DNA from: an uncultured Nitrososphaerales archaeon
GTDB lineage: Archaea; Thermoproteota; Nitrososphaeria; Nitrososphaerales; Nitrososphaeraceae
Assembly (NCBI GenBank): GCA_963709405.1
Contig: CAVPXM010000053.1
Location: 32,001 to 96,000 of the forward strand
Length of the DNA stretch: 64,000 bases
Reading direction: 5' to 3'
Positions within the stretch are counted from its first letter, which is position 1. Each line of letters opens with the position of its first letter. The position numbers and the translations under genes are program-made. The notes below the pieces were generated by a model. The model had not been told where the DNA came from, did not search any database, and saw only the letters and a program-made list of their open reading frames with translations. Shown one piece after another: positions 32,687-44,477 of this stretch.

Positions 32687-33016
32687 TCAATCATTACGGA
32701 TGAGTTTCCTCCTAATAGTCCTTTTTTTGACGACCTTAGGTTTCACTGCATCTCTATCCGCGGCCGGTTTTTCTTTTACCACTAATTTTGACTCATTGAT
32801 CTTATCCGCGGCAACTTTTAACTTATCGACGTTTTCCGGGTATGTTGTGCGTCTTAACTTGTCAATCGGTATCCCGCGCAACATCGCTATATGTAGATCC
32901 TGTAGGCCTGCCTCATTAAGCTCCTTTAATGAGTACCCTCTTCCATTTCTGGTCGCAACTACACCATTATTTCTGAATTTAACTATTGGTTTTTCTATCT
33001 GCAATTTTGTCGGCAA
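32687..33016 (-). CDS. rpl13e: Ribosomal protein eL13 (L13e) with basic C-terminal extension
   Basis: RNGRGYSLKELNEAGL...GIPIDKLRRT..ENVDKLK, the archaeal L13e signature. Confidence 0.85.
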   Translation of the reverse strand: MPTKLQIEKPIVKFRNNGVVATRNGRGYSLKELNEAGLQDLHIAMLRGIPIDKLRRTTYPENVDKLKVAADKINESKLVVKEKPAADRDAVKPKVVKKRTIRRKLIRND

Positions 33017-33280
33017 TTTTACTTGATTTATTCCTGCACAATAATAAATATTTCTCGAATTTTGTTCGGCAAGTAATAAGATAGGTAGCTGATTTTATCA
33101 CCTCTCTGTTCTATGCCCATTGCAAGTTATTTTTCATAGTATGGTAGTAACCATCAATAATTCTACCAAGTGATTTATTTCGCATAAGTGGTAAGATAGA
33201 ATAAACCTTTGTCTACAGAATTCCTACTCGACGCCTGAATCATAAAATATATTTTTGTGGTTGCATTGTTGTTATGGACT

Positions 33281-33770
33281 TTATTTTATTATCAAAACTG
33301 GGCACGTCGAATAGGTTGCTACCCCTGTCGCGACACTACCTAGCAATAGTCTTTTAAATCCCGATAGTCCTCTTGTCCCCATTACAATCAAATCAACGTT
33401 CTCCTCCTCAGCATATTCTACAATTGTGGCCTCAACTGATAGTTGAGTATCAACTAATTCTGTTTTAAAGCTAACATGATTTGCTTCTGCTTCGTGGATG
33501 AACTTGTCAAACCATTCTTTGGTTTTCAATGCTCGTTTTTCTTTATCTTGTTCAGTATCATCAGGAGCCGGAGCAAGTCCGTAAGATGATAACGACTTAT
33601 GAAGGACTGTTATTGCTATTAGATCTGCGGAGTTGGATTTGGCTAATTCTATCGCATAGTGTGGCAGCATCCTTAGAAGATTCTGAACCATCGATCGCTA
33701 ATAATATCTTGGAGAACCCAATCCTTGTTCTATCTTTTGTATTCGTAGACAAATTTGGCTTAAGTATGAT
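33281..33770 (-). CDS. Universal stress protein (apparent +1 insertion at ~33663)
   Basis: FSKILLAIDGSESS|YAIELA...DLIVMGTRGLSGFKRLLLGSVA..V..CPVLIIK. Start is approximate. Confidence 0.9.
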
Positions 33771-34102
33771 CACACCGGTTCGAGTAATAAATACTGTTTG
33801 CAATGAACTTGTTATCTCATACAAGATGGAAACATAATCAAAATTAATGGATTCTGGTATCAGACTAAATGAGTTGAGCCAAATATATCGATATGCACGA
33901 TCTTCTTAGCATCATTACGCGATCTAGGTAACACGTTAAATTCTACTATAAATTAGTTCACGACACTGGTTAAAATACACCTAAGTATGTCTCAAAATCA
34001 TAAGACGAATATTGGTATACCTTTGACTCTATTCACCCAAATTTAATTTCTAACACACCATAATTATTTAATAGTACCTCTACTGAATCAAATGCCGATT
34101 GA

Positions 34103-34309
34103 ATGGGTAAAATCGGAAGAGGTGTAGATTGCGATGTTCAAGGCTGTGACGAAAAAGCAGAAAGATCCATGAGCGGAGCTAAAGCCGCTATGGCCACAAA
34201 TTTGACTGTCAGCTCTGGTAAGAGAGTGTATCTTTGTAGGACTCATTATAAAGAATGGAAAAAGGCGACAAAGGAAGATAGAGAAACCGAGAGGGCTCGA
34301 TGGGGATAA
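34103..34309 (+). CDS. Small zinc-binding archaeal protein
   Basis: CDVQGC...YLCRTHYKEWKK. TATA-like TTTAATA lies ~30 nt upstream. Confidence 0.75.
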   Translation: MGKIGRGVDCDVQGCDEKAERSMSGAKAAMATNLTVSSGKRVYLCRTHYKEWKKATKEDRETERARWG

Positions 34310-34500
34310 CATCTCAGTGAGTAAGATTCCCAGTTTTTTTAGGCGGTCTAGTCTATTTCCAAAGAACGACTTCTATTTTATAAAGTAGATCCTCTAGAAA
34401 TAAAGATGTAAAAAGAGATGACACATACCGTTGTAAGCGTTGCTATGATATTCCAAAACCTTTAATCCTACTCGTCAGCATACATCTGTTCAACAAACAA

Positions 34501-36405
34501 ATGCGTCTACTCCAACTGCATTCTGATTTTATAGAATACGAGCCAATTGATAAAGAAATCGATGAAGCTGAAGAGATTACTTCAAAATCTAAGCAACGGA
34601 TCGAGGAACTTGTCGTGAATCTCATTAGTGTAGAACTTGGGGATGATAAAGAAATAGTGTCGGCAGCACTCGACGAGATATTTAATTATTTAGAAAGAGT
34701 GAAAAGCAAGAGGATATTGATTTATCCTTATTCTCATTTAAGCTCAAATCTTGCTCCTCCAAATATTGCATTTCAAATTTTAAAGTCTATAGAATCATCT
34801 GCAAAAAAATCTTTAGAAGTCTACAGGGCACCGTTTGGATGGACCAAATCTTTTAATGTCAAGGTCAAAGGACATCCCTTGGCTGAGAATTTCAGGGTAC
34901 TCAGCAAGCAGGAAGCGCCGATGCGCCCCAGTGGTAGTTCGAATGCTGATGGCTATGAAGATAAAGTTTCTTATGCCCTAGAGGCAGAAGAGAGACTAAC
35001 CTCTTCATGGTTTATTATGCAGCCAAACGGCATGTTGATTCCAATAAACGAGCACAAATTTTCTGATTATGAAGATAATCTCAGGATCCTTGCTAACTAC
35101 GAAATATTAAAGAGGAGATCTGTTGAGGAAGTACCTCCTCATGTGAGACTGATGAAAAAGATGGCTATTGCAGATTATGAACCCGCATCTGATGCAGGCA
35201 ACATGCGGTTCTATCCAAAAGGTAGACTCATGAAATCATTGATAGAACGATATGTTTCTGATCGTGTAATTGCTTACGGTGGGATAGAAATAGAGACGCC
35301 GATAATGTATGATTCCAAACATCCGTCTATGGAGAGCTATTTTAATAGATTCCCGGCTCGCCAATACAGTATCCTTTCTGACAACAATAGGCAATTTTTT
35401 TTAAGATTTGCCGCTTGCTTTGGTCAGTTTTTAATGGCTAAAGATTTCCAGTTATCGTATAAACATTTGCCTCTTAGACTGTACGAACTTAGTAGATATA
35501 GCTTTCGAAGAGAAAAGAGTGGAGAACTTGTGGGGTTACGCCGTCTAAGGGCATTTACCATGCCTGATTGCCATGCATTCTGTAAAGATATGAGCCAAGC
35601 AAAGGAAGAATTGCTGAGGAGGATTCAGTTATCGCTCGATGTAATAAATGGCTTAGGTCTATCAACTAGCGGAGATCTTGAAATGGCAATACGCTTCACT
35701 GAAGGATTTTACAATGATAACAAGGATTTCGTAAGGGAGTTGGTGAATAAATTTGGTAGATCCGTCCTAATTGAAATGTGGCGAGATCGCTTTTTCTACT
35801 TTACATTAAAATGGGAATTTAACTTCGTCGACAATTTGGGTAAAGCCTCTGCGCTTTCTACAGATCAGATTGATGTTGAGAATGGAGAGCGTTATGATAT
35901 AAAATTTGTAGACGAGGACGGCAGGGTAAAATATCCCATCATCTTACATAACTCACCAAGCGGTGCTGTGGAACGCGTAATATATGCATTATTAGAGAAA
36001 GTAGCTAAATTGGCAAAAATGGGCCACAAGTCTACGCTTCCATTATGGCTTATTCATACTCAGGTTCGAATTATTCCCGTTGCGAAGCAGCATATGAACT
36101 TTTGTGAGGAGATGCTTGAATACCTCTCTGACATGAGAATTAGAGCAGATTTAGATGATCGAGAAGAATCTGTTTCCAAGAAGATCAGGGAATCTGAAAC
36201 AGAGTGGATAAGATATACTCTGGTAGTTGGCGACAAGGAAATCGAGGAACGGAAATTTATGGTTCGTGACAGAGTCCAAGGAAAGCAACGAACTGTCATA
36301 TTGAAAGATTTGGTTGATGAGATACATTCTGAAACAGGGGACAAGCCCTACCAACAACTGAATCTGCCTAGTCATCTTTCAAAGAGACCGCAAATAATGG
36401 TCTGA
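34501..36405 (+). CDS. thrS: Threonyl-tRNA synthetase (archaeal type with N-terminal editing domain)
   Basis: MRLLQLHSDFIEY, YPYSHLS, GHPLAE, LRFAACFGQF, FRREKSGEL, RAFTMPDCH and anticodon-binding domain. Confidence 0.97.
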   Translation: MRLLQLHSDFIEYEPIDKEIDEAEEITSKSKQRIEELVVNLISVELGDDKEIVSAALDEIFNYLERVKSKRILIYPYSHLSSNLAPPNIAFQILKSIESSAKKSLEVYRAPFGWTKSFNVKVKGHPLAENFRVLSKQEAPMRPSGSSNADGYEDKVSYALEAEERLTSSWFIMQPNGMLIPINEHKFSDYEDNLRILANYEILKRRSVEEVPPHVRLMKKMAIADYEPASDAGNMRFYPKGRLMKSLIERYVSDRVIAYGGIEIETPIMYDSKHPSMESYFNRFPARQYSILSDNNRQFFLRFAACFGQFLMAKDFQLSYKHLPLRLYELSRYSFRREKSGELVGLRRLRAFTMPDCHAFCKDMSQAKEELLRRIQLSLDVINGLGLSTSGDLEMAIRFTEGFYNDNKDFVRELVNKFGRSVLIEMWRDRFFYFTLKWEFNFVDNLGKASALSTDQIDVENGERYDIKFVDEDGRVKYPIILHNSPSGAVERVIYALLEKVAKLAKMGHKSTLPLWLIHTQVRIIPVAKQHMNFCEEMLEYLSDMRIRADLDDREESVSKKIRESETEWIRYTLVVGDKEIEERKFMVRDRVQGKQRTVILKDLVDEIHSETGDKPYQQLNLPSHLSKRPQIMV

Positions 36406-38204
36406 ATTTATACATCATGAAAAGCTCAATCAACATAGTTGCCAGTCCGTAATTTACATTGGAGGTTTGCATCAAGGATATCACGTAGGAGTTCTAATAT
36501 CCAAATATAATATTCACTAGATTAAGCCATAAGTTTCATATCATATTTGAAGAGTTTGATCATCTTTAATTATTGCTTGCCATTTCTGAGAGCAATGATC
36601 CATATTAACCTGGTAACAAATGAATGAATGGTACCTAGTAAGGTAACTTGAAATTACCAAGACAATCTAGAATCACAATACGCCATATTTAGTTCCTATT
36701 GAATACAATTAAAATTAAATCTTGTTTATCAAATAAATCATGCAATCTTTTTAGGAATCAACAATACTATTATTTAAATCCAATCCATACGACATGGTTT
36801 AAACAGATGAGAGAAGCCTACATGCGGTCTAGTCAAAATATATGGGCAGACTGATTCTAAGTTGCGCTATAAAAATAATCACAGTAATTAGCGTGCCAGG
36901 AAGGCTTGTGCTTAAACGAATGACACATAATCTATAACGTAACTGATTCCATGATCTCTGAACAATGACCAGTACAACGTTCATTTCATAAATTTTAACT
37001 TAACCTCATGTGATCAATCACTGCTCGATTCCATGCTGGAAATCAGAAACGATACTAAATACTAAACCTGTGTGCAAGTTAAGACGCATACATATGATCT
37101 AGAGATATGAAGCACATACAAAAATCATCAGCCAAGTAATTATATAATGGGTACATAATACCTACCGACTTACAATTACTGATGTCGGTTCTACGCGTTA
37201 AGATTCCGCAGGGTAAATCTCACGGTTAGAGCTAGATGACAAATTATATTTTAAAAGAGCCGAAGACATCATGTTAAAAAAATGAATTAACGAAAATATA
37301 GACAACAAGGACAACAATATGCTTTTGTATTTTAGAAAACATTTAACCCGCTTATGATTCAATAGTAATATAATGTCTAACCACTTGAGAGTAATTACAT
37401 TTCTGATTACCCTATCACTACTTTGGGGATCAAGTTTTCTGGCAATAAAGCAAGTGATCAGCAATATTCCCCCCTTTTGCTTTTGGAATCAGATTCGCAA
37501 TCTCGGGCGCTGCTTTCATTTAGTATTTTTTCCACTGACCTAAGAATAAAAGGCATAATTCGATTGGTACGTGGCAATGGAGAGATGATCAATAGCTGAT
37601 ATATTCATAACCCCTTCACTGTTAGGTTTGAACTTGGATATTCGTAGCCGTTACCCAGAAAATGAACGTTAGCTACGAGATGGTTAATCAAAGATTATAA
37701 ACTCGATTTGACGTATGACCCGTACATATAGATACACATTGTCGAATGCACGGCCAATAATATCGACTAGAAATCGGAGCATATGTCTAATTTTATTGCG
37801 GATGACCAGTATGATAGAGATCACTCAACAACGCAATAGAATGCTCAAATAATAATAATTATATTAGTTTCAGTCGTTTCCAAGCATATCGTAATACCTT
37901 CAGGCAAGTTGGGGATTAGTGAAGCCCCATGTTTATGACCACAATACCCTATCGTCCGTTTGTGTCATTATTTAAAGCCAAACTGGATTTCGCATATCCA
38001 TAATTACATGATGAGAAAAAACAAGGACGGTAGTTCCATTTATTATACTGCAGTCGCTCCTTTGCATACCTGGACGTTAGATAGTACATAATCATCTGTG
38101 GATTTGGTTTATCAATATTGGAATAGAGTTGTAGCTTGTAAAATTGAGGTAATTTGAGATTATATGCGTCGTCCTGTTGCTTCAGTCCAAAACGCAGACC
38201 TACG

Positions 38205-38540
38205 TTAGCTCCTCATGTGATACTTTTCAATGGCTACAGTCCCTTCTTTATATGTAATGGTTATGACATCACCCACCTTATACGGACATTTTGCAATTGA
38301 ACGGGGTTCATGATCCGATGACTCAACTATGCATGTTCCTTGATCATCCTTAATGACGACCCGGGCATTATCGGTAACTTCCCTCCTAAATAGATCCTTC
38401 AACGGGAATCCAAATAGAACTTGAACGCCGAAAACTGCCCCTATAATAACCAAAATAGCAAGGGGAGCCATTTTCTTGCCAGACATTTTGGAGAAGAGAG
38501 ACGAACCTGTGTCGGATTCAGAATCGAAATCGTATCCCAT
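38205..38540 (-). CDS. Membrane-anchored hypothetical protein
   Basis: One TM helix, then a small beta-rich domain with two Cys. Confidence 0.65.
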   Translation of the reverse strand: MGYDFDSESDTGSSLFSKMSGKKMAPLAILVIIGAVFGVQVLFGFPLKDLFRREVTDNARVVIKDDQGTCIVESSDHEPRSIAKCPYKVGDVITITYKEGTVAIEKYHMRS

Positions 38541-39207
38541 TAACTATGCACAGCATTTAATACATCACTATGCAATTTAAAAATATATCATTGCAAAGCC
38601 GTGTTTTAAATTAAGCTAGAGAAGTGTTTGGAGTTTGATTTACTGCTGGACACATGACCTTGAACAAAGAAATACATTCCACACATTGAGTTCAATGCCA
38701 TAACTTCAATCTTACCAGGATATGCCAATACAGAATTCCTCTCTGACCCTTTAAATAAGTAAAGCAACGAGTGTTAATGCTAATTCTATACCATAGGCAC
38801 TGGCATATGCCACAGAGTTTATACTTGTCTAGTATGGCAGAATGTTCTAGACCGAATTGTTACACTTAAGTTGACAAGTATTACCACGAAGCTACTATCA
38901 TTTACTATCCATCTGCCAAAATGCAAAGTTGGAATCCTTCACGTGAATTCCGAATCGCTCGTGATTTCATGATAATATCTTTATCTCCACAGAGTAGATT
39001 ATGTTTCCAATGTATTATCATTCAAATGAAATTGTCATAAGTAGTAGATAGAATTACTTGATCGACTGTTCTAAAGCCAACACCATAAATTTATCCTAAA
39101 ATTGATTATGATTATTTACTTTAGTGGTTCCATCTTTCAATAGAATTCATACAATAGTCAAAGTTAAGAGTGTGGTCTCAATAAACTCTAGTATTTAGAT
39201 ATAGATC

Positions 39208-39828
39208 ATGGCCCATGGACCAATAGACGAAAACAGGAAGTCTCTCGAAGAATACGGAACAAGGGTAAAATCGCTTAAGAAAACGGCCGTGACAGGTATT
39301 ATATTAATCTTGACTGTGGGTGCTCTCACCCTTTTCTTAGAAGGCCTAATTCCTGAAACTTATCTGAGATACGTAAAGATTGTAGAGGTGGGTATTATCG
39401 GATATTTCTTCATAGAGGTTGTAAGTGAAGCAATTTATAGGGTAACCCGCGATTACTTTCAAGCAAATGCAAGTGGCATAAAGGCTTTCGTGAGAATCAC
39501 TACTGCGATCATATTTGCAGCCATTATCCTCTCATATCTTAGCAGTGATCCGTTCTTGGCGGCGTCTATCACTACTGTAGCAGGCTTGGTACTTGCCTTT
39601 GCCTCGCAGACAGTTATGGGTAATATGATAGCAGGGTTATATCTATCACTTACGCGACCATTCAAGATCGGGGATAGAATAACAGTCTTTGGAAACACTG
39701 GGACTATCTTTGAAATAGGACTGCTATATACCCGGTTGATATCTGAGCACGGAGATACCATTTTGGCGCCAAGTTCTGCACTAGTGAATTCAGCCATAGT
39801 ATTGCATCATGATCAAGATAGGACTTGA
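39208..39828 (+). CDS. mscS: Small-conductance mechanosensitive channel family protein
   Basis: TM helices, then AFASQTVMGNMIAGL...RPFKIGDRI..G.TG.I.EIGL..T. Confidence 0.88.
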   Translation: MAHGPIDENRKSLEEYGTRVKSLKKTAVTGIILILTVGALTLFLEGLIPETYLRYVKIVEVGIIGYFFIEVVSEAIYRVTRDYFQANASGIKAFVRITTAIIFAAIILSYLSSDPFLAASITTVAGLVLAFASQTVMGNMIAGLYLSLTRPFKIGDRITVFGNTGTIFEIGLLYTRLISEHGDTILAPSSALVNSAIVLHHDQDRT

Positions 39829-39952
39829 GTAAGGAACTCATTTTTGTTGTTGTATCTGCCGTAAAATGGTCTTCTCACAATAATCACAAAATATTGATTA
39901 TTAGCATGATATTCGTTAGGTATAAAGCACGTATAATTAATAATATTATTTA

Positions 39953-40585
39953 ATGTCAATAGAGAGGAGAGATAAACACTCGAGTGCATCTATTAATATA
40001 TCATTCGCGATAGTCATTGTTGCTTCTTTACTTGTCGCAACTCTGGCAATAGTTGTAACAAACTCCATAAAAGATATGATGGTTTTCGCCCAGCCCGGAT
40101 ACCCTTCTGAGGGAGGCAAATATAAATTTGGCACTATCTCAAGCGTACAGCTTGATAAGAATGGCAAGCCAGAATGGATACTGTCTGGTCATTGGAAATC
40201 AAATTTATTGAATGCGTTGTCGAGGTCCACAAGTGGACAGGGCAACACATCTTTTACTCCTGTATTCGATGCGTCAATTAGAATGGTAATGGTAAATGGG
40301 TCTGGATTGCATTCACATACAATGACGAACTTCAACCTAACAAAAATATCTTCGCCGGACAAAAATACAAAGCAATTCAATGGTACAGTTACCGCCAGTA
40401 TGAGAAATGGCCCTATTACTGATATTCCGGTGAGCATAAAATTCGTTGGAAATGACGTTATAAGCATATGGCTCGACCCTATGAAGATCAAAAACCACTA
40501 TGGAAGCACTCCTATTTTTGGTTTTGAGGTAAACCCTGATAGGCCCATGCTACCACAGGGGGCATCAACTAAGCCTCCCACTTAA
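39953..40585 (+). CDS. Secreted/surface hypothetical protein
   Basis: Signal peptide (VFA|Q), GTISSVQ..WILSGHW, several N-glycosylation sequons. Confidence 0.75.
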   Translation: MSIERRDKHSSASINISFAIVIVASLLVATLAIVVTNSIKDMMVFAQPGYPSEGGKYKFGTISSVQLDKNGKPEWILSGHWKSNLLNALSRSTSGQGNTSFTPVFDASIRMVMVNGSGLHSHTMTNFNLTKISSPDKNTKQFNGTVTASMRNGPITDIPVSIKFVGNDVISIWLDPMKIKNHYGSTPIFGFEVNPDRPMLPQGASTKPPT

Positions 40586-41054
40586 GTAGATCATCACTAT
40601 CTTTTTCTGTCATTGCTTTGATCACGACATAAGAACAACCCTAGACACACTAGTAGATATGACAATAGGTTCGAATTCAGCTTGTCACTTTGTACCTGAA
40701 TTTTGACAACAAGGTGGTTCTTACAAACATTCAATCTGTCTGGATATAGGTCTTGTAATTCAGATTGCAGAGGGTGAATTGATAAGTCAGTATATGGTAC
40801 ATCCATACCTGATGGAGCGAGTCAATGGGGTACATATTCCATCAAAGCAAGGTTGGGCTACCTAGAAAGACATTATACCTACACGATGACTCGTATTGAG
40901 CTAACTTGATAAATTTGAATTACAATAACTACACCATTTTATGCCTCATCATATCTAAACGATGGGTTTTACAGAACTAAATGAACCTATATTCGATTCA
41001 AAACCCTCGACAGATAGTTAATTTTTTATATACGTAAGAGTTCAATCCCAATTC

Positions 41055-42059
41055 ATGCTAAACGATCAAAAGCAAAGCCCTTGTAATAATGGTTTTTGTA
41101 TCTATCTGTGCGGTTCAATTCTAATTAGCTTACTGGCAATGAGCGCCATGATTTCACCTCATCCGCTATACTCTGCAGGATCAGAGCAGTACTCATTTGT
41201 TGGAAAATGGGGATCAAAAGGTGTAGGCCACGGAATGTTCTCGCAGCCAACAGGCATAGCTACAGATTCGATTGGGAATGTATATGTAGGAGACTTCACT
41301 GGAGTTAGTGGCAAAATACAAAAATTTACTAGTAATGGCACCTTCATTACCTCCTGGGGAAATCTAGGGTTTGGTCCTGGCACATTTACGAATCCAACTC
41401 AGATTTCAGTAGATTCTCACAATAACATATATGTAGCTGATTTGGGTAATGCCGAGACAGCAGTTCAAAAATTTACTAGTAATGGCACCTTCATTACTTC
41501 TTGGGGTTCGACGGGATTAGCCGATGGACAATTTATAAACCCAAGCGGAATAGCAGTTGATTCCAAAGGCTATGTTTATGTGGCCGATTATGGAGAAAAT
41601 AACCGAATACAAAAGTTTGATAGCAATGGGAACTTTATTACTAAATGGGGGTCTACAGGTACCGGTGATGGACAATTCATAAATCCTGCAGATATTGCTG
41701 TAGACAAGGCAAACAATGTCTATGTAGTAGATAGGGGTAATGATCGTGTCCAAAAGTTTGATAGCAATGGGAACTTTATTACTAAATGGGGGTCTACAGG
41801 TACCGGTGATGGACAATTCCAAAGTCCCATAGGAATTAGTGAAGATCCCTCTGGGAATATTTATGTAGTTGACTTTGGTAATGATCGTGTCCAAAAATTC
41901 GATAGCAATGGGAACTTTATTACTAAATGGGGGTCTACAGGTACCGGTGATGGACAATTCCAAAGTCCAGTAGGAATAGATGTCAATTCTAAGGGAGTTA
42001 TTTATGTTACTGACTCCGGGAACAGCAGGGTACAGCTTTTTTCTCTTACTCCTAAATAG
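41055..42059 (+). CDS. Secreted NHL-repeat beta-propeller protein
   Basis: Six repeats of F..P.GIAVD..GNVYV.D..N.RVQKFDSNG.FITKWGS.G, with a signal peptide. Confidence 0.93.
   Translation: MLNDQKQSPCNNGFCIYLCGSILISLLAMSAMISPHPLYSAGSEQYSFVGKWGSKGVGHGMFSQPTGIATDSIGNVYVGDFTGVSGKIQKFTSNGTFITSWGNLGFGPGTFTNPTQISVDSHNNIYVADLGNAETAVQKFTSNGTFITSWGSTGLADGQFINPSGIAVDSKGYVYVADYGENNRIQKFDSNGNFITKWGSTGTGDGQFINPADIAVDKANNVYVVDRGNDRVQKFDSNGNFITKWGSTGTGDGQFQSPIGISEDPSGNIYVVDFGNDRVQKFDSNGNFITKWGSTGTGDGQFQSPVGIDVNSKGVIYVTDSGNSRVQLFSLTPK
41610..41966 (+). repeat. Three near-identical ~69-bp blocks at 141-bp period within the NHL gene
   Basis: CAAAA(G/A)TT(T/C)GATAGCAATGGGAACTTTATTACTAAATGGGGGTCTACAGGTACCGGTGATGGACAATTC at 41610, 41751 and 41892. 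Confidence 0.9.
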
Positions 42060-42319
42060 TTTCGGTAGAATTGACTGCTAGTACTATCAGGCTTGGCAGC
42101 CCAGTAATCTAAAGTGTTCTCTGCAAACAAACGGTCACCATATCTGTATTTTTCTAGTCGTGCGCTATTTTATTTTGGCACTTGCTCCAAACTTGTTGTT
42201 GCCAGATAAGGACGTCTTTGTGTAGTTGACTCAACAATTTGAAGATTTCCAGCAAAAATGAAAGCAGATATTAAGATGCGTTTAATAATAAATGCTTGGT
42301 AAACTAAAATGAGTAAAAA

Positions 42320-43655
42320 ATGAAGAGAAGATTCTCATCGTCATTCCTGTTACTTAGTGTTACTCTCCTGTGGTGTATTGTTTCAAATATCAATCTTCGC
42401 GTTGACTATCAGTCAATATATGCGCAGGGAAATGTTATAAATACCACGAATAATGTGCCGTCAAGACAACTAGAAATACCCGGTTCCTTATTTTCACATA
42501 ATGCCGGAACACCAATTCTTAACGACTCAAATTTGAAAGCAGAAAGAGTCGTTAGTGGATTAAGTCTTCCAACCACGATGGCCTTTGTAGGAAATAATGA
42601 TATCTTGGTATTAGAAAAGGCGAAAGGTACTGTAGAAAGAGTTCTAAATGGTAAGGTATTGAGCAACCCTGTTCTAAAGGTGAACGTTGAATCAGAAGTA
42701 GAGAGAGGTATGCTCGGTATTGCTGTCGCAAAGAGTAAGAGTCGGCCTCACATATGTTTTCTTGTATTTTACTGAAAAGACCAGTCCATCAATCAGTCAT
42801 AACGATACTAGCACTTCTTTTTCGAATCGTGTGTATAAGTATGAGTTTGTTGATGGGAGGCTTATTAATCCGAAGCTCATTTTGGATTTACCAGCTACTC
42901 CAGGACCAAGACATAACGCAGGCTCTATAATAATTGGTCCAGATAATAACCTGTATGTTCCGATTGGAGATGTGGATGGTCATAGTAGTCAGGCACAGAA
43001 CGTAGCTGACGGAGGACCACCTGACGGAACAGGTGGAATACTTAGAGTTACTCAAGATGGTAAACAGGTAGGTAATGGGATCATTGGAACAACTAATCCT
43101 ACAAACAAATATTATGCTTATGGAATACGAAATACCTTTGGTCTTGATTTTGATCCTTTGACCAAAAAATTATGGGATACAGAAAATGGTGCAGGTTCAA
43201 ACGATGAAATTAATATTGTGGAACCAGGATTCAATAGTGGCTGGGTACAGGTAATGGGAAAAGCGCCTGCGGATTTCGATTACTCTCAATTAGTTACGTT
43301 TGGTGGTAAGGGGAAATATCATGATCCAGAATTTTCTTGGCACGATACAACAGGTCCGACCAAGATCCTGTTCTTAAACACATCAAAATTAGGAATAAAG
43401 TACCAGAATGATGTCTTCGTATCAGATATTCATCATGGAAGAATATTTCATTTTAAGTTGGATGCAAATAGAAGTAGTTTAGCTCTGCAAGGTCCGCTTG
43501 CGGATAGAGTAGCTGACACGGGTAACGAAACAAGTGCAATGATATTCGGATCAAATTTTGGAGGTATTTCAGATATGAAAGTTAGTCCTGATGGCTACCT
43601 GTACGTAGTTTCACTTGGCCGTGGGACAATCTATAAAATAAGCCCCAGATTGTGA
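42320..43655 (+). CDS. PQQ-dependent glucose/sorbosone dehydrogenase family protein (apparent +1 insertion at ~42730-42745)
   Basis: GLSLPTTMAF, ERGMLGIAV, RHNAGSI..GPD..LY..IGD, YAYGIRNTFGLDFD, DEIN.V..G.NSGW. Confidence 0.9.
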
Positions 43656-44477
43656 ATCAGAAGCACGTCAGATTCACCCCTGCTCGCTCTTACGGGAGCT
43701 GCTTGAATCCAAATATCTGCATAAATCTCTCCTTTCTATGCTGTAGTTCTTAATTTTTATGAAATAATCCCCTCTAGAACAAAGCGAACATCTGCCTGAA
43801 TGATTTGACTCCTCTGCTTCTAGTCATCCTATGGCATTCTACTATGCCACATTGTATGATAAGATCTGGCATCTATCCCGAAGTTGATGTAGTACACATC
43901 ATGTCTGAGAACCACTGAGGTTACCAGTATAGGGATAGGACACACAAGTAATGATCTTGATCAGGGTTTCTGTTCTATAATGATAGATATAGATTGATAC
44001 TATCTACCATCTGATAGACCTTTTTGAAGCCATGCTTTCAGTACGGAACGTCTTGGACACAATAAAATAGCACATATGACGGAAAACATATCAGCTAACG
44101 CTTGTGAGAAAGAAGAGGAGGAATACAGTATCACCTTATTCCTGAACAACAGTTTTTAACGCTTAGAAAGTCATCTTCAATAAGACTTGTAATAGCCGTC
44201 ATATAAGATATCACGATGAGGACATGTCAGAGAAGTTTCTGAATCTGATATTCAAGGTCGTATAAGGGATACCTTATATAAGTGACAAGAGAAGTAGGAT
44301 GGTATATTCTAAGCCATAGATTATTTATAAGGTATGTCAAACATAATGTCGGTACAAGCTAAATGTGGCTCACGGCCCAGCACCGTTCACCAACATCAAA
44401 GTTAGACAATAGCTCGTAATAACTAGAACCGTAGTAGATTTATAGATGAGCACCATTACGACAATTGTAGAAAGAAT

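Noticed and set aside
36406-38200. Long gene-poor stretch including ORF 37198..37464
   Set aside because: I found no supportable gene, RNA or repeat array. Probably decayed sequence.
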